Shown: in pieces, positions 36,335 through 44,615 of the stretch
How positions within the stretch are numbered: position 1 is the first letter of the stretch
Layout of the letters: each line of letters opens with the position of its first letter
DNA from: Candidatus Woesearchaeota archaeon
Lineage (GTDB): Archaea > Nanobdellota > Nanobdellia > SCGC-AAA011-G17 > CAYFGV01
Assembly: GCA_964342845.1 (NCBI GenBank)
Contig: CAYFGV010000003.1
Coordinates: forward strand, 1-45,971
Direction: 5' to 3'
DNA: 45,971 nucleotides
The notes under the pieces: model-generated
Told to the model about the DNA's origin: nothing
Databases searched by the model: none
What the model saw: only the letters and a program-made list of their open reading frames with translations
Position numbers and translations under genes: made by a program

Positions 36335-36655
36335 TTTAGTCTTTAAACTTTTTAATTTTGGAAGATAATTTTTAAAACTTCTCTTAAATTTAGGATTTCC
36401 AACCATCTCTGAAATCTCACCCACTATCTTTTCTTTTATTCCTATTTTTCTTCTATCAGCCCCACTATTTTTCATATTTTGTAAAATGACTTTTAAATCT
36501 CTGGTATTGGCCGCCAAATCTGCAACAATCCTCTCCACTAATTCTCTAGGTAAACTATTTAGATAAGCAGATTCAATACTATCTAACCCTCCTTTTATAT
36601 TTCTAAAAAAATCTTTTTCTATTTTTTCATATCTTTTTAATATATCTTCTTTCAT
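36317..36655 (-). CDS. hypothetical helical protein
   Basis: 112 aa from the ATG at 36655 (MKEDILKRY), 4 nt after the upstream gene stop. The ORF-track start at 36691 would overlap that gene by 32 nt. Confidence 0.45.
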   Translation of the reverse strand: MKEDILKRYEKIEKDFFRNIKGGLDSIESAYLNSLPRELVERIVADLAANTRDLKVILQNMKNSGADRRKIGIKEKIVGEISEMVGNPKFKRSFKNYLPKLKSLKTKLKPFC

Positions 36656-36659
36656 TCTC

Positions 36660-37211
36660 CTAATGTCCCAGCAAATCAGCAGCACTAGCACCTATAATCG
36701 CAGGCACAGAAATAACTGCTACTTGCTTAAATACCTCCTCAAAATGAGCTTCAGTTCCAACTATTCCAAATAAAAATAATACAAACAAAATAACTCCAAT
36801 AGCAGTAAAATAAATAACAGTTAATCTTAAAGGAATAAACTTAAACACCTTCACAGTTTTAACCTTTCTAAATCCAGTAACATACAACAATCCACCGCCA
36901 ATAAAATAAGAAACAATTAAGATTAAAATAGCTCTTCCCATATCTATACTCTCAGATAAATGAACTCCTTCTAAAAAAGCAAAATGAGCTACAATACCAA
37001 TAAAAGCACCAATTACAGCCTTAGTTATATCTCTATAAGTTACTTTTCTTAAAGTATGTGGTTTAGTCTGTTTTAAAATCTTTTTTTCTAATTCCTCCAA
37101 CTCTTCTAATTCTTTTAACTGTTTTCTCTCTAAACTCTCTATTTTCTTCTCTTCTCTTAGAATATCTTTTCTAGAAACCCTCTTTTTTTTAATAACTTTT
37201 TTCTTAGGCAT
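36660..37211 (-). CDS. integral membrane protein with N-terminal charged coiled-coil
   Basis: 183 aa. K/E-rich N-terminus (LEELEELEKK), then about 4 hydrophobic helices. Confidence 0.6.
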   Translation of the reverse strand: MPKKKVIKKKRVSRKDILREEKKIESLERKQLKELEELEELEKKILKQTKPHTLRKVTYRDITKAVIGAFIGIVAHFAFLEGVHLSESIDMGRAILILIVSYFIGGGLLYVTGFRKVKTVKVFKFIPLRLTVIYFTAIGVILFVLFLFGIVGTEAHFEEVFKQVAVISVPAIIGASAADLLGH

Positions 37212-37346
37212 ACTTCTATTTTAGAATTAATTCTTTTTAAAGATTTCTATCCAAAAGTAATAACTACTTAAAAATGGTTAACATAGAAACTTTTATAAAT
37301 GCCAATAAATTGTTATTTTAAATAATAAAATAAAGATTATAACAAA

Positions 37347-37706
37347 ATGGCAAAAGATAATTTACCAAAGTTGCCTCCTTTGGAGGAAGTTTTAGGTGCT
37401 GTAACAGGAGAGTCTGGAATAAGTAAGGATATTGGGAATTATCTTGTTGAGGCTATTAGAAATTTATCAGATGCTGAAAGAAAAGAGTTAGCTAAAGCAT
37501 TGAATCTTGCTGAAAATAAATCATATGTTAAAGAACCGGTTGTTATAGACAAACACTGTGCAAAAGGAGATTGTGATATACAGTTTAGTTCTATTGAGGG
37601 GAATAGAACTGTTATTTGTAAATATCTTAGATACGGTGATTGTCGTTATGGCGTTTCCGAGGACTTTCTTTATGTGGTTTGTAATTTTAGTAGTACTTGG
37701 AGATAA
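37347..37706 (+). CDS. Cys-rich small protein, paralogue A (orphan)
   Basis: 119 aa. MAKDNLPKLPPLEEVLGAVTGESG head, NLAENKSYV box and five Cys in the C-terminal 50 aa. Tandem duplicate of the next gene. Confidence 0.6.
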   Translation: MAKDNLPKLPPLEEVLGAVTGESGISKDIGNYLVEAIRNLSDAERKELAKALNLAENKSYVKEPVVIDKHCAKGDCDIQFSSIEGNRTVICKYLRYGDCRYGVSEDFLYVVCNFSSTWR

Positions 37707-37710
37707 TAAA

Positions 37711-38103
37711 ATGGCAAAAGATAATTTACCAAAGTTGCCTCCTTTGGAGGATGTTTTAGGTGCTGTAACAGGAAAGTCTGGAACAAGTAAGAAAAATGCT
37801 TCAGGCGACCTTCTTAAAATTATTCAGAATTTATCGCCTGCTGATAAAAAGAAATTAGCTAAGATTTTGAATCTTGCTGAAAATAAATCATATGTTGAGG
37901 TGCCGGCTCTTATAGAGAAGTATTGTGCAAAAGGGGGCTGTGATATACAACTGGTTTTTAGTGAGGGAGAGAAGGGCATTGTCTGTAGACATTATATAGA
38001 GGATAATGTAGGATATGGTAACTTTATGCTTTGCGGGATAGATCGGCATGAGGAGAATGGAGGATATTGTGCATTTGTTAAGTCTTGGCTTGGATATATT
38101 TGA
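37711..38103 (+). CDS. Cys-rich small protein, paralogue B (orphan)
   Basis: 130 aa from the ATG at 37711 (MAKDNLPKLPPLEDVLGAVTGKSG). The ORF-track start at 37558 is an out-of-context extension across gene A. GGAG lies 8 nt upstream of the ATG. Confidence 0.6.
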   Translation: MAKDNLPKLPPLEDVLGAVTGKSGTSKKNASGDLLKIIQNLSPADKKKLAKILNLAENKSYVEVPALIEKYCAKGGCDIQLVFSEGEKGIVCRHYIEDNVGYGNFMLCGIDRHEENGGYCAFVKSWLGYI

Positions 38104-38105
38104 AA

Positions 38106-39179
38106 ATGGCAAATATAAATAATCAATTAATGGAAATTGGTAAACCTGAAATTAGGAGTGTAGCTTTGCGGAATACAACTCCGTTAGATGCTTTATATGA
38201 TTTAAATCCAGAGATTGCTACTTTAGCTTATGCACATAGAGAGAAATTATTGTCTCCACAGATTCTTCCCTATGTAGCGAGATTTAGAGAGTTACAATCA
38301 GATGAGAGGATTGCGACTATTGGTGCGTTAGTTGAAAAATTAAAGATTGAGACTGGTGCAGAGGTTGCTAAGTACGGTGTTGACGGTCAGGTGGAAATGA
38401 CAAGACTTTCTGAAGATGGTTTAACTACTAGAACAGGTATTGTTCAGGATGGTTTGACTAAGCGGACAAAGATGGAATCTGAGGTTAAGTTTGATTACCA
38501 GAAAAAGATGCACGAGCTTGGAATGCACCATCTTGATAGTCAGGTTGAAATGACAAGATTTTCTGAGGACGGTTTGACTAGACGAGAGGAGATTAGGATG
38601 AATGGGTTGAGGGATCTTCAAAAATTAAAATATGATGCAAATGTTAGGATGTTGCAGAGCCACATAGACGGTCAAAAGTATTTATCTGATAACCAACTTA
38701 AGGCTACGCATGTTGAAGCAGAAGCATATAAACAAGCTATGCAGACTAGAGAGTCCATTAGGGCAGAGACTGAAAGGAGAGTTTCTAAAGATAGGCTTGA
38801 AGAAAAAATAAAGACTGCTGCAATAGAATTTGTAGGAAAGATAAGAGAAGCTGAGATAATGAGAGAGTCAAATCGTACTAAGGTTATGTCAGAAGTGACG
38901 CAGGTTTATATTGAAAAACAAGCAGAACTTTATTTAGCGACAATTGAATCAGAATTGAGGACAGAGGCGATGCAAGGAGAGATTGAAAAAGAGAGAATAA
39001 AAGCAGGTACAGAACGTTATTCTAGTTTTCAAGAAACAATTAGGAATGTTATTGATAATGCAGCTGAAATATTAAAACAAATCCCTAACCTATCCAAAGA
39101 ATCAAATATTAGATTTATAGTAAAAACAGGAGAGCATCCTATAGAGATAAGATATACAAAACACGAAGATAATGATTAA
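38106..39179 (+). CDS. repeat-containing helical protein (orphan)
   Basis: 357 aa from the ATG at 38106 (MANINNQ), 2 nt after the gene B stop. Internal 51-aa-period repeat QVEMTR(L/F)SEDGLT(T/R)R. E/R/K-rich predicted helical C-terminal half. Confidence 0.6.
   Translation: MANINNQLMEIGKPEIRSVALRNTTPLDALYDLNPEIATLAYAHREKLLSPQILPYVARFRELQSDERIATIGALVEKLKIETGAEVAKYGVDGQVEMTRLSEDGLTTRTGIVQDGLTKRTKMESEVKFDYQKKMHELGMHHLDSQVEMTRFSEDGLTRREEIRMNGLRDLQKLKYDANVRMLQSHIDGQKYLSDNQLKATHVEAEAYKQAMQTRESIRAETERRVSKDRLEEKIKTAAIEFVGKIREAEIMRESNRTKVMSEVTQVYIEKQAELYLATIESELRTEAMQGEIEKERIKAGTERYSSFQETIRNVIDNAAEILKQIPNLSKESNIRFIVKTGEHPIEIRYTKHEDND
38386..38432 (+). repeat. intragenic repeat unit 1
   Basis: GTCAGGTGGAAATGACAAGACTTTCTGAAGATGGTTTAACTACTAGA. 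A similar unit recurs at 38539-38585, a 153-nt period. Confidence 0.7.
38539..38585 (+). repeat. intragenic repeat unit 2
   Basis: GTCAGGTTGAAATGACAAGATTTTCTGAGGACGGTTTGACTAGACGA. A further DGLTKR-coding fragment lies at about 38449-38466. Confidence 0.7.
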
Positions 39180-39196
39180 AAAATATTCAAAATAAT

Positions 39197-40222
39197 TTAT
39201 TTATTATTTTTAGACATATAGTTAATTTTATTATATTCTTTCTTAACTTCCGCTAAAATAGAATCTATTAATTTATTTAAATCACCAATTTCTTTTAATT
39301 TTAGTTCTAAACCACCTACTATTTGTAGTGCTTTATCCCTTTCTTCCTTTATGTCTATTGAATCTAGTTTATCTCTAATTTCATCTACAGTTTTGAAACC
39401 CTCAAAATATGTCTGTAAGCAATTGATAATGTCTTCAGATAATTCTTCAATTTTTTTTATTATTTTTTCATTTTTAGCAGAAACACCACCATTTTGATTT
39501 TTTATTTTTTCAAGATTATTATTAATTGTTATTTCTACTTTTCTAAGATTTCTTAACCTAATTAATTCATCTTCTATTTTCTTATCTAAGTTATTTAAAT
39601 GATTCTTAAATGATTTTATCTGTTCCCCTTTGATATCTTTCTTCAATTCATTAGCAAGTTTTAACTCATCTTTATTCATTTTTTTTGAAATTTTAACCAT
39701 TTCATGCCCTTTCTTAGCTTCTTCATAACCTTTCTTAGCCCCTTCAAGCCCTGCTTTAGATTCATACCTCTCTTTTGAAGCCTTACTAACAGCTTTAGAA
39801 GCCTTCCTAATACTTGTTCCTAAAGCCGAATAAATACCAAGACCTAATAACACAAGCAATAATAAAATAGATATCCAAGCAACATCATACAACAAACCTT
39901 GCAACCACATAGCAAAAGGAGTTGCCCATGCAATTAAGAAAGACAAAACAATAGAAAAAACAAGTGCAGCATTCTTATGTTCAGCATCTTTAAATATCTT
40001 AATCTGCCTAGATAAAGGTTGTATTACAGCATATAATAAAGCAGTAACTAATAAAATATACCCTAAACTAGCTGAATAATAACTATAACCAAAAGAACCA
40101 TACCATAAACCATCCCAAACACTATAAAAGAAATAAGAAAAAGGATTTTCATAATAAGCAGCATAAACTTGTTTAACTAACAACAAAAATCCAAACAAAA
40201 ACATTAACAGCCTCTTTTTCAT
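39197..40222 (-). CDS. signal-peptide / 3-TM / long coiled-coil membrane protein (orphan)
   Basis: 341 aa. MKKRLLMFLFGFLLLVKQVYA signal-like N-terminus, an aromatic-rich (Y/W/F) ecto segment, three hydrophobic helices, then about 190 aa of K/E-rich heptad-like sequence. Confidence 0.65.
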   Translation of the reverse strand: MKKRLLMFLFGFLLLVKQVYAAYYENPFSYFFYSVWDGLWYGSFGYSYYSASLGYILLVTALLYAVIQPLSRQIKIFKDAEHKNAALVFSIVLSFLIAWATPFAMWLQGLLYDVAWISILLLLVLLGLGIYSALGTSIRKASKAVSKASKERYESKAGLEGAKKGYEEAKKGHEMVKISKKMNKDELKLANELKKDIKGEQIKSFKNHLNNLDKKIEDELIRLRNLRKVEITINNNLEKIKNQNGGVSAKNEKIIKKIEELSEDIINCLQTYFEGFKTVDEIRDKLDSIDIKEERDKALQIVGGLELKLKEIGDLNKLIDSILAEVKKEYNKINYMSKNNK

Positions 40223-40259
40223 AATTTAAACAAATAAAAAAAGAAATATATAAAGGTTT

Positions 40260-41195
40260 CTATGATGGCCTTCTTTTTTCTATCACCTTAGACACTTTTT
40301 CGATAATAGCTCTTTGTCGACTAATTTCATCGAGAATATTTGATAGTTCTTCTGTATCTTTTACTTTTCTTAACTTATCATGAGCAGTAACTATTGCTCC
40401 AAGAGCACCATCAGCTTCTTTTTCAAATTCATCCCAATCCTTTCCTCTATAGCCTGTTAAACCCACTCTTTTTAATTGCTGTATGTTATCTCTCATTTTT
40501 TCCAATACTTTCTCTTGGGATTCAAGATTTTCACCAAGTTTTGCAATATATGAATTAATTTTTGCTACATCCCTCTTTTTTATGGCACTTCTCAAACCTC
40601 TTATTGTTGATTTCTCTTGGCTAGCAAGAACTCTTTCAGTATGTGCCTCTCTTATAGCCTGGGATTGTTTGCCTGCACTTTCTCTAGCTTTGGCAACATT
40701 TAATCCGACATCACCAAATTTCTTGCCTAATCCAGCAACCAACATGTATATTATAAGTCCACCACCACCAAATATTGCTATATATCCTAAAATACCTCCA
40801 AAAATTCCAACCCATTCAAATAATGGAACTAATATACCACCTAATCCTGCAAAAACAACTAAACTAAAAGATACAATTAGACCTAAAATCGTAAAAGACC
40901 ATTTTCGTTCCTCTGCAAAACTCCTAAGTACATCTACTCTAGAACTTACAAGTAACAAAACAAGAAAAAGAATAACAGTCATAACTAAAGCCATTCCCCA
41001 AGTTAAACTGTCACCAGACATTCCCCCTAATTGTACTGTTTTGTTTAAATCAAAAAGACCTTTTAACCATCCTGAAGTAACATCCCAAACCTCTCCTGGT
41101 GTTTTTGGCCCAGCCTCTACAACCCCAGAAAACAAACCAATAAAAAACAAACTAAAAACAATCAAACAAAATATCTTTTTATTATCCATTATCAT
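40260..41195 (-). CDS. signal-peptide / 3-TM / coiled-coil membrane protein (orphan)
   Basis: 311 aa. Signal-like IFCLIVFSLFFIGLFSGVVEA, three Gly-rich TM helices, then an about 150-aa helical charged tail. Same architecture as the neighbouring gene. Confidence 0.65.
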   Translation of the reverse strand: MIMDNKKIFCLIVFSLFFIGLFSGVVEAGPKTPGEVWDVTSGWLKGLFDLNKTVQLGGMSGDSLTWGMALVMTVILFLVLLLVSSRVDVLRSFAEERKWSFTILGLIVSFSLVVFAGLGGILVPLFEWVGIFGGILGYIAIFGGGGLIIYMLVAGLGKKFGDVGLNVAKARESAGKQSQAIREAHTERVLASQEKSTIRGLRSAIKKRDVAKINSYIAKLGENLESQEKVLEKMRDNIQQLKRVGLTGYRGKDWDEFEKEADGALGAIVTAHDKLRKVKDTEELSNILDEISRQRAIIEKVSKVIEKRRPS

Positions 41196-41230
41196 TCACC
41201 CCATATCAAATTTTTAAAACAATAGATACC

Positions 41231-41238
41231 TTTATTTA
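41231..41238 (+). promoter_or_regulatory. TATA box (TTTATTTA) for the trm5-like gene
   Basis: 29 nt upstream of the ATG at 41260. Confidence 0.4.
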
Positions 41239-41259
41239 TTTAAAGCTTTCTATAATCTA

Positions 41260-42018
41260 ATGCTAAATTTCCTAAAAAAACCAAAACTACCAAGCTCTTT
41301 TGACATAGTTGGCTCTATCTTAATTATAAACGAAAAAATACAAAAACAAAAAAAAGTAGCAAAACTACTCTTAAAAAAACATAAAAACATAAAAACTATT
41401 CTAGTAAAAACAAAACAATATCAAGGAAAATACAGAACACCTACCTTAAAACATCTAAAAGGAATAAAAACAAAAATAACCTACCATAGAGAATCCAAAT
41501 GCATCTTCCATCTAAATGTAGAAAAATGCTACTTCTCTGTAAGATCTGGCTCAGAAAGACTAAGAATAGCTAAACAAGTAAAACCAAATGAAAACATACT
41601 AACTTTATTTTCTGGAGTAGCACCATTCCCATTAATAATAGCAAAAAACGCAAAACCAAAACACATAGATGCAATAGAAATCAACCCAATAGCCCACAAA
41701 TACGCAAAAGAAAACTTAAAAATAAACAAAACAACTAATATCACTCTATACAACCAAGATGTTAAAAAAATCCTACCTAACTTAAAAACCTACAACAGAA
41801 TAATAATGCCATTACCAAAAGAAGCACACTTATACTTAAAAGAAGCTAAAAAACACCTAAAACCAAAAGGAACCATACATCTATACTTATTCGAAAGAGA
41901 AGAAAACTTCAAAAACTTAATAAACAAATACAAAAAACAATTCAAAACAGTAAAATTAACAAAAGCAGGAAAATACGCCCCATCAACCTACAGAATCTGC
42001 TTAGATTTAAAGGCCTAA
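41260..42018 (+). CDS. Met-10+/Trm5-family tRNA methyltransferase
   Basis: 252 aa. SFDIVGSILIINE (the yDivGdiaii motif of Trm5/Taw2) and a SAM-binding region ILTLFSGVAPFPLIIAK...AIEINP. Confidence 0.7.
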   Translation: MLNFLKKPKLPSSFDIVGSILIINEKIQKQKKVAKLLLKKHKNIKTILVKTKQYQGKYRTPTLKHLKGIKTKITYHRESKCIFHLNVEKCYFSVRSGSERLRIAKQVKPNENILTLFSGVAPFPLIIAKNAKPKHIDAIEINPIAHKYAKENLKINKTTNITLYNQDVKKILPNLKTYNRIIMPLPKEAHLYLKEAKKHLKPKGTIHLYLFEREENFKNLINKYKKQFKTVKLTKAGKYAPSTYRICLDLKA

Positions 42019-44568
42019 ATCCAACTTTCTAACTTTTACAGCAGAAGGAGTTTCACCACCATGCCAACTCAGCTTAGGCCTAACACGCATAGGATAAATC
42101 CTTTCAGAATTATCATCTAAAATAATAGCAGAACCTTTCAATCTAGGCAATTCACCCAAATATCTCTGAATATCATTAACCAAATAACTCTGCATCATAC
42201 TATTCAAAGCATCTATATCTTTCTTAGCAGTAACTCTGTGGCTAACTACAATATCTGATTGCGTCATAACATCAGTATGAATCTCTCCTGGTTGTTGTGT
42301 AGCTAACACCAAAGAAATTCCAGGTTGCCGACCTTCACGAAGTAATTGAATCAAAGCATCTGAAGAAGCCACTTTTCCTTCTTTAGGTAAAAACTCATGA
42401 GCCTCATCAATCATCAACCAAACAAAAGGAACCTGTTCTTTATCTTCTTCTAAATCAGAAAAATAACTATATCCAGAACCAATAGTCTGAATCTCTTCCA
42501 TCTTACGACTTAATAATCTATCTTTTAATAATTTTCTTCCTAACAACCCAATAACTAAAGCCTTAATATTCTGATTATCATAAACACTAACATCTAAAAT
42601 ACTAACTCTTCCTCTTTTAATAATTTTACTAACAGGTGTACCCTCTCTGCTAAATAAACCCCAGCCTTTAGCAGCTGAAAACATATTAAATAAACCATCT
42701 TTAACATTCTTTTCAGCTCTTTTATCTTTTTCAATAAACTCCAAAATATCATCTATACTGAAATCATCTTCATACTTATCTCTAACTTCTTCTAAAATTC
42801 TAGAAATCATTATTCCTAATGGATCAACTAAACTAACTTCAAAAATATTACTCCAATCACCTGCATTTAATTCACTAACTTTAATAGAAAAAGAAAAATC
42901 AGCATCAACACCCATTTCTTTATATTTTTCAAAATAACCTTCTGGAACATAAACATCTACCTCTTCCAACTTCTCAGGTTTCAAACCCCATTCCCTAAGC
43001 AAATCTTCATCCCTTTCATTAGGATATTTCATAGTCCAAAAAATTCCCATTGTATCTAGCATAACAACAGATAAATTTTTAGAAACTTCATCAGGCAGTC
43101 TAGCCATTTCTTCTGCCATAACAGAAAGAGAATAACTATTATGAACAATAATATCATTAGCAACAAAATTATGAAAATTAGGAACAGAAATATCATAAAC
43201 TTTAAATTTACCTTCCATAATCTTCATCTCAATAATTTCATCCCAAAAAATATCAGATTGAGCTAACAACTTTAATTGTTCATTCTTATCAATTTCCGCA
43301 ATCTGTAACAAGGTTTTCCTCGAAGGACAATACCTAATCCTTTCTCTCATAGCCTTTGCATAAGCATAACCGAATCCCCTTCCAATTTCAGCCCAATTAG
43401 ATGGTCTGTAAATATCCCAAATTCCTTTAGGAATTGTATCAACATTAGGATTTTTAACCACTGTAATAACTTCATTCAAACATTGTTCTTGTTTTTTAGC
43501 TTTTTCTCCAAAAAATCCAATTTCCTCGATAAATTTAACAGTATTTTCAGAATTTACAAGTAGTTCAAAAGTTTCAAATTCTTTTTTATTACACTTTACT
43601 GTTTTTGTCCTTAATTTAGAAATAATTCCGAACCTCAAAAGAATATTCTGTACTTGTTTTATTAGCTTACTAGAAGAAGAGGAATATGAAATCTCCCAAC
43701 TATTCTTAGTTTTATATAAACTCCCATCACAGGAGAACAAACGACTTAAAAATAAACTTAAACTTTCTTTATTTAATTTAAAAATTTCTTCAGGAATCCA
43801 CTTTTCTTTAGCATAATAACCATAGCAACCAAGAGATTTCAACCAACTTTTTACAGGATTTTCCCTAAAACTATATCTATTATCTTTGTTAGCAACTCTA
43901 TAACATCCAGGTTTACTATGCAAGTCTACTTGTAAGTCTTTGTCAAATCTAAAGATACTCTCTTTAAAATCATTAAGGATAATCTCATCAGAATTGCTAA
44001 ACAACACCCAGCTTTGCCTGGTGTGCCCCTCAGCAATCAAATAAGCCAATATTTTGATTTTATAATCCTCCATAACTTCACTACCAAAAACATCAATTTT
44101 TCTTGGAGTAGCTATTCTACTTCCTAAATTTAATTCTTCAGCTGGGCGCCAACCTTTTACAGTCAATAAAGGATGTTCTGGAGTTAATTTAATCTCTTTT
44201 CCACTTCTTAGTTTTAAATATAATATTTCCTCTACTTCTCTTTCAAAAAAATCATTCTTTTCTAATTGCTTAATTTTCAGATTATTATCTAAGCCAACAG
44301 CACAACTGTCATTATCCTTTAAATTCTGGATAGGAACCTGTCTTCCGTCATCTAATTGGATTAATGTATCTCCTAAAAGACACTTACCTTGGCCTCTCTT
44401 ACCGCTAACTAAAACAACATGAGCCTTAGCCACATCCATATAAACCTCGTTACTCAACGAAGTAGAAGTCCCCATCTTAACATACTGCTTTCCTAGAAAA
44501 ACTAAGCCTTTATCACCAAATTTCTTTTTATCTCCTTCATCTCTTCCAATCACAGTCTTATAACCCAT
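42007..44568 (-). CDS. HerA/DUF87-type (FtsK-HerA superfamily) ATPase interrupted by an intein
   Basis: 853 aa. Joining the exteins gives 438 aa with Walker A GKRGQGK|S, Walker B VWLMIDEAHEF and LATQQPGEIHTDVMTQSDIVVSHRV, typical of HerA-like ATPases. Confidence 0.85.
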   Translation of the reverse strand: MGYKTVIGRDEGDKKKFGDKGLVFLGKQYVKMGTSTSLSNEVYMDVAKAHVVLVSGKRGQGKCLLGDTLIQLDDGRQVPIQNLKDNDSCAVGLDNNLKIKQLEKNDFFEREVEEILYLKLRSGKEIKLTPEHPLLTVKGWRPAEELNLGSRIATPRKIDVFGSEVMEDYKIKILAYLIAEGHTRQSWVLFSNSDEIILNDFKESIFRFDKDLQVDLHSKPGCYRVANKDNRYSFRENPVKSWLKSLGCYGYYAKEKWIPEEIFKLNKESLSLFLSRLFSCDGSLYKTKNSWEISYSSSSSKLIKQVQNILLRFGIISKLRTKTVKCNKKEFETFELLVNSENTVKFIEEIGFFGEKAKKQEQCLNEVITVVKNPNVDTIPKGIWDIYRPSNWAEIGRGFGYAYAKAMRERIRYCPSRKTLLQIAEIDKNEQLKLLAQSDIFWDEIIEMKIMEGKFKVYDISVPNFHNFVANDIIVHNSYSLSVMAEEMARLPDEVSKNLSVVMLDTMGIFWTMKYPNERDEDLLREWGLKPEKLEEVDVYVPEGYFEKYKEMGVDADFSFSIKVSELNAGDWSNIFEVSLVDPLGIMISRILEEVRDKYEDDFSIDDILEFIEKDKRAEKNVKDGLFNMFSAAKGWGLFSREGTPVSKIIKRGRVSILDVSVYDNQNIKALVIGLLGRKLLKDRLLSRKMEEIQTIGSGYSYFSDLEEDKEQVPFVWLMIDEAHEFLPKEGKVASSDALIQLLREGRQPGISLVLATQQPGEIHTDVMTQSDIVVSHRVTAKKDIDALNSMMQSYLVNDIQRYLGELPRLKGSAIILDDNSERIYPMRVRPKLSWHGGETPSAVKVRKLDLGL
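43138..44382 (-). mobile_element. intein with LAGLIDADG homing-endonuclease domain (415 aa)
   Basis: Starts at Cys63 (CLLGDTL; codon 44380-44382) and ends VHN477 (Asn codon 43138-43140), followed by Ser+1. Block B is LTPEHPLL. LAGLIDADG motifs are KILAYLIAEGH and LFLSRLFSCDGSL. Confidence 0.85.
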
Positions 44569-44615
44569 ATAACTAAATTCTATTTCTAACCCTTTTAAGC
44601 ATTTCTATCATAAAC

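Noticed and set aside
37558-37710. 5' extension of paralogue B given in the ORF track (181-aa version)
   Set aside because: The extension runs through gene A in another frame and translates to hydrophobic junk. The ATG at 37711 reproduces the MAKDNLPKLPPLE head shared with gene A.
37347-37896. Possibility that the near-identical blocks of the two paralogues are a DGR template/variable repeat pair
   Set aside because: No reverse transcriptase is in the window. The three mismatches in the 81-nt block (A/T, G/A, T/C) are not adenine-specific. The variable parts are not alignable repeats.
40483-41217. 244-aa + strand ORF overlapping the membrane protein gene 40260-41195
   Set aside because: The translation is P/S/T/N-rich and featureless. 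The - strand frame gives a coherent signal peptide, three TM helices and a coiled coil, so the - strand gene is preferred.
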